Positions 11,385-18,433 of a stretch of DNA of 64,000 bases are shown piece after piece. The DNA is from Thermodesulfobacteriota bacterium (lineage in GTDB: Bacteria; Desulfobacterota_D; UBA1144; Nemesobacterales; UBA2774). Both the position numbers and the translations under genes were made by a program. Each line of letters opens with the position of its first letter. The stretch's first letter is position 1. The notes beneath the pieces were generated by a model. That model was not told the DNA's origin, ran no database searches, and saw nothing but the letters and a program-made list of their open reading frames with translations. The DNA lies in assembly GCA_963422265.1 (NCBI GenBank), contig OY729416.1, forward strand, positions 256,001 to 320,000, read 5' to 3'.

Positions 11385-12839
11385 GTGCAAAGCACTATTT
11401 GGGCGCGAAGTTCTGGAGCCGGTGGCTTGAGCGCAAAGATTAACCCCACTGGGGCAGGCTCCGCTCCACCGAACCAGCGCTCCAGCGTAACTTCACCCGA
11501 AGCACGATTACTCGGCAACAAGTCCGAACCTGCGGCTCGCGAGGTCGCCCTGGTGTTTGGGACCCGCGTCGGCGTTTACACAATAGCACTTCTCAGTCAG
11601 AGCTTACTTGCCTACCTTCTCTTGCCTGCCGGTCGCGGCGAATATGCAGTATGCGTTGCATTCGCTAGTATGCTCGGAGTGGTCTTCGCAGTCAGCACTG
11701 CTAATGGCGCCCAGTATTTCGCAGTGGCTGGACGGATCAGCCTGTCGAAATGTTTGTGTGGGGCGTTCGGCGTCTGCCTTGTCGGAAGCATCGTTGCGAC
11801 GGCCGTGGCGCTGCCACTAATCCATAGCGATGTGACTTTCTTTCAGAAGGCGGAGACTGGCTCGTTCCAGCTTGCGTTGTTGCTGGTGCCACTCATCTGC
11901 GTTTCTTATGCCGCCGAGCTCCAGATCGCCGGGCTTAGACGCTTCGCTCTGCTGGCGCGATTTCTGTTGCTTCAGTCCTTCACTTTGGTGGTGGGAGTCG
12001 TGGTGTTAGTCTGGGTATTCGACCAGGGGGTGAATGGTGCTATTCTCGCTCTGATTGCAAGCTACATCGTCAAGCTGGCGTGCTGTGTCTGGGATCTATG
12101 CAGAGCCTGCGGACTGAAGTTTGAGATGCCATCCGTTTCCGAGCTTCGCCACGTTGTTGGATACGGTATCCGGTATCACATCGCTCAGGTCGGAAACGAA
12201 ATCGAACCACGCATCGGAGTGTTTGTACTGGGCTTGTTGGCTGGCCGGGTGGACATCGGGCTGTTCGCCGCCGCTAGCACAATCATGCTTCGCTTGGGAT
12301 TCCTGCCCAGTTCGGTCGCGCCGGTGTTGTTTCCGCGCGTGGCAAAGGACCCGGCTAAGTCAATGGAGGCGCTCGGGTATTCCCTGCGTCTGGTTTGCCT
12401 GCCCACCGCAATGGTGGTTGTGGTATTTCTGGCTATTAGTGAGCCCGTGATCCGCATACTACTCTCCGAGGCATTCGTCCCTGTGGTTCCGTTGCTGTGG
12501 ATAATGTCGCCGGGCATTGTCGCCTATGCTGCGTCTAACATATTCATAGCCTATTTCACCGGTAACGACCGGCCGGGCGTTTGCTCCTCAGCTTTGTGGC
12601 TGAGCTTAGTCGTCAATGTAGCGACCTGTTTTGCGCTGTATCCAACCCTAGGCATCCGCAGCATTGCCTGGGCGATGACCATCGGGTTGATTGCTCGGTT
12701 CGTGTTTGTCGCCATAGTGTTCCACCGCGCCACCGGCTTGTCCCTCTGCTCTCTCTGGCTGCCCCGCCGTGGCGACCTAGTTTATCTTAAGAACTCTCTC
12801 TTTGTCGCCGTCTCTGGTATAAGATGGCTGAAGAAGTGA
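11385..12839 (+). CDS. Wzx-like oligosaccharide flippase (start uncertain)
   Basis: many hydrophobic segments; LLLPAGRGEY, DIGLFAAA, LFPRVA motifs; polysaccharide-locus context. Confidence 0.85.
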   Translation: MQSTIWARSSGAGGLSAKINPTGAGSAPPNQRSSVTSPEARLLGNKSEPAAREVALVFGTRVGVYTIALLSQSLLAYLLLPAGRGEYAVCVAFASMLGVVFAVSTANGAQYFAVAGRISLSKCLCGAFGVCLVGSIVATAVALPLIHSDVTFFQKAETGSFQLALLLVPLICVSYAAELQIAGLRRFALLARFLLLQSFTLVVGVVVLVWVFDQGVNGAILALIASYIVKLACCVWDLCRACGLKFEMPSVSELRHVVGYGIRYHIAQVGNEIEPRIGVFVLGLLAGRVDIGLFAAASTIMLRLGFLPSSVAPVLFPRVAKDPAKSMEALGYSLRLVCLPTAMVVVVFLAISEPVIRILLSEAFVPVVPLLWIMSPGIVAYAASNIFIAYFTGNDRPGVCSSALWLSLVVNVATCFALYPTLGIRSIAWAMTIGLIARFVFVAIVFHRATGLSLCSLWLPRRGDLVYLKNSLFVAVSGIRWLKK

Positions 12840-13014
12840 TACCGTAGTGATTATATAGACAATCATGGTTGGGGGTATATTAAGACAATTGTTTCTTGTT
12901 TCTCCACGATGTTTAATACACTCTGCGACAGTTCCCACAGGAATGATAGCATCTGTGATTCTGGTTCTAATAAGTCTATTACCTTTTTAAGCAGTTATGT
13001 GACTGAACTCTCGC

Positions 13015-13232
13015 GTCATTCCCACATTGATCGGGAATCTAGCATCTTAGGTGTATGGGACGAGAAGTTCCTTCTGCCACTCTGACCTATATTCTGAGTG
13101 GATGCGAGGGAGGGATAAAGCAGGGAGATCACACCCCCTGTCATTCCGAGTGGAGCGGAGTGGCATCCCAAGCTTGCCGAGGTGAGGATAGTGGGAGTGA
13201 GTTGCGTTCTGAGTTTGAGAGGGAATGACGGC
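13015..13232. repeat. REP-like palindromic repeat cluster
   Basis: CGTCATTCCC..GGGAATC and GTCATTCCGAG..GGAATGAC motifs, also seen at 27793-28140; lies between convergent genes. Confidence 0.55.
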
Positions 13233-13282
13233 GGCGGGAACTTCGTTTTAAGTTTTAGGGCTGAATCTCGCGTCTCTCGCAG

Positions 13283-14212
13283 CTAGAATTCCGAAGCTAC
13301 CTCTTTGGCAAAGAGCCTAAGCGTATCGTGATTCATGGGGTCGGAGAAGAAAATCGTGTATTTTCTAATGCCCTTCTTTTCATTCTCTAGTATCTTCTCT
13401 ATGCATTGATCAGGGGTGCCGACAATCCCAAAGCTTGCTATATCTCCAAAGAATCCATAGCGTCTTTGTCCCTTTTCCAACTTTGTTTTCAGTTCAGCTC
13501 CATCCCTTGCGATTACGCATACAGTCTGCTGCGATGTGGCAACATCGTTAATATCTCTGCCCACTTCGCTACAGTGATTTTCAAGAACCTTGAGTTTGTG
13601 GTCATATTCCTGCGCATGATTGGCAGGGCAGTTCCACCCATCCGCAAGCTCGGCTACTAGCCTTAGTAAATGTTTCTCTCCCGCTCCCCCGATTGTGATA
13701 GGCGGATGTGGTTTCTGAATCGGCTTTGGATTACAGTATGCTTCCTTAATTTTGTAATGCTTGCCTTCAAAACTGGGTTTCTCCTCCGTCCACATTGCCC
13801 TTATGATTTTTACAGTTTCAGCGAGTTGATCTATCCTCGTCGGCGTGTTGGGGAATTCATATCCGTAGGCGGCGTATTCTGGCTCAAACCATCCCGCTCC
13901 TATTGCGAACTCTAGCCTTCCCCCACTTATCACGTCAAGGGTTGCCCCCATCTTAGCGAGCAAGGGAGGGGGTCTGAAGGAATTGCAAAGAACCATAGAG
14001 CCGATTCTTACGTTTGACGTCACCGTTGATAGAGCCGACATCAGCGTCCATGCTTCATAAATGTCCAGATCAATCCCACCCATGCCGAGTATATGGTCGT
14101 AGAACCATATGGAATGGTAACCAAGCTCATCACATAACCCTGCGGTTTTTTTTATATCTTCAAAATCGATTTTCTGCTGACGGAGCATTACCCCAAATTC
14201 AATTCTGCTCAT
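13283..14212 (-). CDS. LLM-class (luciferase-like, probably F420-dependent) oxidoreductase
   Basis: WFYDH, EAWTLMSAL, RPPPLLAKMGATLDVISGGRLEFAIGAGW, PKPIQKPHPPITIGGAGE motifs. Confidence 0.9.
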   Translation of the reverse strand: MSRIEFGVMLRQQKIDFEDIKKTAGLCDELGYHSIWFYDHILGMGGIDLDIYEAWTLMSALSTVTSNVRIGSMVLCNSFRPPPLLAKMGATLDVISGGRLEFAIGAGWFEPEYAAYGYEFPNTPTRIDQLAETVKIIRAMWTEEKPSFEGKHYKIKEAYCNPKPIQKPHPPITIGGAGEKHLLRLVAELADGWNCPANHAQEYDHKLKVLENHCSEVGRDINDVATSQQTVCVIARDGAELKTKLEKGQRRYGFFGDIASFGIVGTPDQCIEKILENEKKGIRKYTIFFSDPMNHDTLRLFAKEVASEF

Positions 14213-14253
14213 TTTTCTCCTTCCCTTTCTTCTTAACCACCTCTTTTCGGCAA

Positions 14254-15078
14254 CTAAGCACTATCCGTGTCTTTCCCAGATATAATGAGATGATTAGATG
14301 CTTTCCCTTCCTCAACCAACCTTAAATAAGTATCAAAGTATTCAATATGATAATGAGTATTCTCTTCACCTTGCTCCTTGGCGATCTCGTCTGAATGCTC
14401 TTTATAGGCGTCTCCCCATCTTTTAACCTGGACCCGAAAGTCGGCTACGTATTCTGTTATCTCTTCAATCTTAAAGCCTGCGGACTCAAGCATCTTTTTA
14501 TAGCTCCCAAGCGAATCATAGTATTGAGGGATAAGATATCCCCTTGCCATTCTGTGTTTTATCTCGTCGTTATTAGGCATCTCAAATGTCCCGCTAAGAA
14601 ACACCCACCGTCCCGAGGGTTTCAGCGTCCTATAGACCTCTTTGAAGAGTCCGATTTTATCCTTGAACACGTTCATTACGTTGAGGCTTATGGCAAGATC
14701 GAACGTATCATTCTCAAAAGGCATGTTCATAGCGTCGCCTAGATAGAATTCCACTCTCTCTTGCATATTGGATTTATTGGCAAGCTTCTTTGACACCTCT
14801 ACTCCTACCTCGTTAATCTCTATACCGCTAATCATGCATCCGGACCTACTCGCTATGTATATGGCTGGTCCGCCTGCCCCGCTTCCTACGTCAAGCACGT
14901 GAGTGCCCTCTTTGATGCCGAGTCTGGGGATCAGCTCATCAAGGTATCGTGGCGTAATAAACGACTGCTGCCCTATATCTTCGTCCTTACCCCAGATTGA
15001 TTCTCTTATGAGTCTATTAGCTGGGCTGTCGAGCTGGTGAAGCTCTGAATAATCCACTCCTATCTGTTTTTCACTCAT
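14254..15078 (-). CDS. class I SAM-dependent methyltransferase (sarcosine/dimethylglycine N-methyltransferase-like)
   Basis: VLDVGSGAGG, GDAMNMPFENDTFD, RTLKPSG motifs; substrate is a guess. Confidence 0.8.
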   Translation of the reverse strand: MSEKQIGVDYSELHQLDSPANRLIRESIWGKDEDIGQQSFITPRYLDELIPRLGIKEGTHVLDVGSGAGGPAIYIASRSGCMISGIEINEVGVEVSKKLANKSNMQERVEFYLGDAMNMPFENDTFDLAISLNVMNVFKDKIGLFKEVYRTLKPSGRWVFLSGTFEMPNNDEIKHRMARGYLIPQYYDSLGSYKKMLESAGFKIEEITEYVADFRVQVKRWGDAYKEHSDEIAKEQGEENTHYHIEYFDTYLRLVEEGKASNHLIISGKDTDSA

Positions 15079-15289
15079 ATATTGTTAACTCCATTATGGT
15101 TTTCTAAACGTCACCTTATTCTACCGTAGAAATATGGCGTCCTGCAATGGGTTTGTCCGTTTTATCTCTCCTTAATGGGAGTATAGTCCTATGGGAAGAG
15201 CTATATTAGCTTTATTTATTGAATTCTACTTAGGTCTATGTCTCATCTTTTCCAGTTGGTGTTGCGGTTTTTGTTGAGAGTTTGCTCCA

Positions 15290-15455
15290 AGCCCCTCGGG
15301 AGAGGGAATGGGTGAGGGCTTCTCTTCACGTATTACCTCCCCCCCTTGGACACAGGGTCAGGGCACTTCCTTATCTTCTCCCCCTTTAGAGACAGGGACT
15401 AGGGCGCTTCCTTATCTTCTCCCCCTTTAGAGAAGGGGGATACAGGGGGATTTGA
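15290..15455. repeat. REP-like GC-rich palindrome cluster (three ~41-bp tandem units plus a CCCTCGGGAGAGGG unit)
   Basis: CTCCCCCTTTAGA..AGGG..CTTCCTTATCTT units; same family at 16181-16441 and 27900-27950. Confidence 0.75.
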
Positions 15456-15927
15456 TAGGGCATCGGGGAACGAACCCCTTCCTTATTATAGTTTGAAAGA
15501 TGGTTTGGCACGATTGGAAAGGGGCGATAGCTCCTGTCTGAGTTGGCTCTTCAGGGTGGTATCCTGAGCGGTCAGCGAGCTGGTTGCACTGTCCCGAGCG
15601 GTTGGTGAACCTGCCGAACCATGTAGAAGCGGGTGAGCTTGTCCAATCCATCTGAACTGTTCAGCTCCCCAGCTCCCCTGAAAACCTTACAAACTTATAC
15701 CTTTTAGCGATTTTCTGGATATTGGAAAGATGGTTTGGCACGGAGTTAAGCCTTTTAAAAACAGAAAACATAATTATTACAGGCTCTTCTTTATCATTTT
15801 CGCCCAATACAAACAAAATCCCCACCAACCACAAAGATTCCCCCGACCACCCATCAGGGCGACCATCCTTCGACAGGCTTAGGACATCGCTTACCAACTA
15901 GAGGCACCCCTACAACCACATCCGTCC

Positions 15928-16098
15928 TCACTTCGTTTTTCTGAATCCTCTACTCATCCCCCCAAGCATTGCCTCTATTCTTGCCTGCCCCTCCTGCAGC
16001 CCAGACAATCTGGCATCCATAGCCTTTGTCAGTCTTAATCTCCCTAACGTCTTCTCTATATGATCTATCTTCACTCTCAATACGTCTTGCTCAGTCAT
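15928..16098 (-). CDS. small hypothetical protein, 56 aa (MTEQDVLRVKIDHIEKTL...), coiled-coil-like
   Basis: hand-translated; AAGGAGG RBS shortly before ATG; below the ORF-track cutoff. Confidence 0.5.
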   Translation of the reverse strand: MTEQDVLRVKIDHIEKTLGRLRLTKAMDARLSGLQEGQARIEAMLGGMSRGFRKTK

Positions 16099-16180
16099 CC
16101 CCCACCTCCTTTATACCTCATCGTTACCCTGAATTTTCTGTCAAGCTTTTTAAAAAAACTTTATACCTCATTATACCCCA

Positions 16181-16441
16181 ATCATAGCCCATCATTCAAT
16201 CCTAAAAATCCTAGTTCAGACCTCCTTTCCCTCTGAGAGAGGAATACAAGGTGAGGCGCTTCCTTACATACTCCCCCTTTAGAAAAGGGGGATTTAGGGG
16301 GATTTGATCTTTATCCTTCCAATCACAGCTCATCATTCAATCATTCAAATCACAGTTCAGACATCCTTCCTCCCCCTGGGAGAGGGTCAGGGTGAGGGCG
16401 CTTCCTTATCTTCTCCCCCTTTGGAAAAGGGGGATACAGGG
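16181..16441. repeat. two tandem ~141-bp composite REP-like units, second truncated next to the CRISPR array
   Basis: 16181-16321 and 16322-16441 share ATCATTCAATC..AGTTCAGAC..GAGAGG..GGTGAGG..CTCCCCCTTT..AAAAGGGGGAT. Confidence 0.75.
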
Positions 16442-16565
16442 AAGCTGTGCTACCCTCTTGATCTCTTCAGTTGTGGATAGCGGGCAGGCTTCAGTCAGTT
16501 ACAATTATTCGGCGGGTCATACACGAGTTCTATCTCGGGATCATGACACACAGAAGGAGGTTCGT

Positions 16566-16724
16566 ATGGCAATAATATTTGCAATAATAGTAACCGTGTT
16601 ATTGATATTCGCATGTATCAGCATCATTCACCTATCTATAGCGTTACTTAATCACGTTATATGTACAGGTACTGATAGGTTATTTAGCAATCGCCGTAGA
16701 GGACGGCAAGGATGGAAACCATAA
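16566..16724 (+). CDS. 52-aa single-TM protein with basic tail, encoded inside the CRISPR array
   Basis: AAGGAGG RBS 5 nt before ATG; MAIIFAIIVTVLLIFACISIIHLSIALLNHVICTGTDRLFSNRRRGRQGWKP. Confidence 0.65.
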   Translation: MAIIFAIIVTVLLIFACISIIHLSIALLNHVICTGTDRLFSNRRRGRQGWKP

Positions 16725-16739
16725 ACTAAGGAGGTTCCA

Positions 16740-16883
16740 ATGAAAGAATATACACTGCAAGAATTTTTAGATGTCTCCATGACAAGACGAGATGGTGACA
16801 TACTCTTCACCTCGGCGACGGGCGAGGATATCCGTATCAGGTTGTGGATAGCGGGCAGGCTTCAGTCAGTTACAATATCATAA
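16740..16883 (+). CDS. 5' fragment of a second captured gene (33 codons) reading through repeat 2 (47 aa total)
   Basis: AAGGAGGTTCCAATG; MKEYTLQEFLDVSMTRRDGDILFTSATGEDIRI then repeat-encoded RLWIAGRLQSVTIS*. Confidence 0.5.
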   Translation: MKEYTLQEFLDVSMTRRDGDILFTSATGEDIRIRLWIAGRLQSVTIS

Positions 16884-17140
16884 TATGTTGCCGTCCCCCC
16901 CCGCGTGTTGTGGATAGCGGGCAGGCTTCAGTCAGTTACAATATATTCCAATTACGGTTTTGCAACGGGTCGGTTGTGGATAGCGGGCAGGCTTCAGTCA
17001 GTTACAATCAAGTCCCTGACGGGCCAATAGAGCCAAGCGTTGTGGATAGCGGGCAGGCTTCAGTCAGTTACAATCAAGTCCCTGACGGGCCAATAGAGCC
17101 AAGTGTTGTGGATAGCGGGCAGGCTTCAGTCAGTTACAAT

Positions 17141-17190
17141 TGCTTGCTCTCGACTGCCTTGCTGGTAAGGGTTTTAAGCCCCTCAACAAA
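17141..17190. promoter_or_regulatory. short cas2-proximal leader-like region
   Basis: 50-bp segment between the last repeat and the cas2 stop; this is the acquisition end in Neisseria-type II-C loci. Confidence 0.45.
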
Positions 17191-17535
17191 TTAAAAAAGA
17201 GAGATTTGTTGAGGGGCTCCTTCCAATTTCTTCCGTTTTTTTCCATAGAAAACCTGCATTCGTCCAAACTGTTTATCCGTGATAGTAATAATTCTGACCT
17301 CTCCTCTGGGTGGCAATTCATCTCTGACACGCCCCGAGTGGACATAAGCGTTTTCTTCACTTGCGCAATGTCTGGCATATACTGAAAATTGTAACATTAT
17401 AAAACCGTCTTGTATTAGCGACTTTCTGAATTTTCCATAAGAACGCCGATCCTGTTTGGTATCAGTAGGCAGGTCAAACATTACTAATATCCACACTGTT
17501 CTATATCCTCCGAAAGCCACTGTTCTATACCTCAA
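17191..17535 (-). CDS. cas2: CRISPR-associated endonuclease Cas2 (true start may be GTG at 17520 or 17496)
   Basis: WILVMFDLPT, FRKSLIQDGFIMLQFSVYAR, ITDKQF motifs. Confidence 0.97.
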   Translation of the reverse strand: MRYRTVAFGGYRTVWILVMFDLPTDTKQDRRSYGKFRKSLIQDGFIMLQFSVYARHCASEENAYVHSGRVRDELPPRGEVRIITITDKQFGRMQVFYGKKRKKLEGAPQQISLF

Positions 17536-18433
17536 GTCTCATCTGTTTATTATCAAGAAGTTGTGGGATCATCAGGGAATCCACGCCATCGGAGAAGGCT
17601 TTTTTCAAACTAGAAGCCGTATGCTGGGTTGCGACCATAAGGGGCAGTTTTCTGGTTTCAAGCAGAACGTCTTCTGATAAGATAGAAAGTAGAGGCATTT
17701 TTGTTCTCTTGTTTAGCTCGGACTTTCCGGCTTCTACCAATTCATAGACTCGTCTGTCAACAAGGGGGCGCAATGGCTCCATAACGTCATCGGCAAGACA
17801 CATAGGATTGTATTGGTTGTGGTGATGGATTCCGAGGGCAGGATGAAGTCCAGTTCCGCATAAAGCCCGCGCTACCGATGCTCTTACTATGCTATATCCA
17901 TAGTTGAGTAGGGAGTTTATTCCTTCCTCTTTATAATTCCTGGTAAAACTTTTGCCAAACAGCGTTATCCAATATACTCTCGCCGCCTGTGATTCTATAT
18001 TTTCAGTATCTCCACTATTAACCCTTTTTTTCATTGGGGGCAGGGAAGTTGGGTCTTTATTAAAGAAAAGCAGGGTTCGGATTTGAGATTCTATTTTAGC
18101 GACAATTATTTTCTGCCAAAGCCTTTTCTTCAAGGGTTTTTTAACTCCTGTTTGTATATTAAGCACTCTACTGTGAACTGAGTTGCCCGAAAGGGGTAGC
18201 AGGACCGAAACCGGAAGATGTTTGTTGTCGCAGAATACTACTATGCAATTGTTGTGCTGACACGAGGCGATAAGGCTTTGGGAAATGGTAATGAAGGGGT
18301 TGGCAAGTATAAGAATTCCCATATCTTCTACGGGAACGCTTTCGTCTTTTTCACCCTCCCTTTTCACAATCATTTGACGGTTTTTCAAGTGAAGATACGC
18401 CGGATTGCTTACTTCAATGATTCGCTTGATCAT
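17525..18433 (-). CDS. cas1: type II CRISPR-associated endonuclease Cas1
   Basis: VPVEDMG, SGDTENIESQAARVYW, NSLLNYGYSIVR, GIHHHNQYNPMCLADDVMEPLRP motifs. Confidence 0.98.
   Translation of the reverse strand: MIKRIIEVSNPAYLHLKNRQMIVKREGEKDESVPVEDMGILILANPFITISQSLIASCQHNNCIVVFCDNKHLPVSVLLPLSGNSVHSRVLNIQTGVKKPLKKRLWQKIIVAKIESQIRTLLFFNKDPTSLPPMKKRVNSGDTENIESQAARVYWITLFGKSFTRNYKEEGINSLLNYGYSIVRASVARALCGTGLHPALGIHHHNQYNPMCLADDVMEPLRPLVDRRVYELVEAGKSELNKRTKMPLLSILSEDVLLETRKLPLMVATQHTASSLKKAFSDGVDSLMIPQLLDNKQMRLEV

Larger units (their letters stand above)
16470..17140 (+). CRISPR. type II-C CRISPR array: 6 identical 36-bp repeats GTTGTGGATAGCGGGCAGGCTTCAGTCAGTTACAAT, four 30-bp spacers and one 335-bp insert
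   Basis: repeats at 16470, 16841, 16907, 16973, 17039, 17105; + orientation inferred from the tracrRNA anti-repeat and the 3' TACAAT. Confidence 0.97.

Noticed and set aside
15495-15742. 18-bp direct repeat GAAAGATGGTTTGGCACG as sigma54 promoters or att sites
   Set aside because: TGGCAC is present but there is no TTGC -12 element and no integrase nearby; the intervening DNA is REP-like
16506-16840. Insert as an IS/MITE or as decayed repeat-spacer units
   Set aside because: No terminal inverted repeats, target duplication, transposase or degenerate repeats found by eye; length does not fit 30+66n
16877-17104. Self-targeting spacers
   Set aside because: No match noticed within this window by eye; a genome-wide search is needed
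16392-17194. ORFs 16392-16724 (full length) and 16844-17194
   Set aside because: They translate through REP and CRISPR repeats; only the RBS-led part from 16566 is credible
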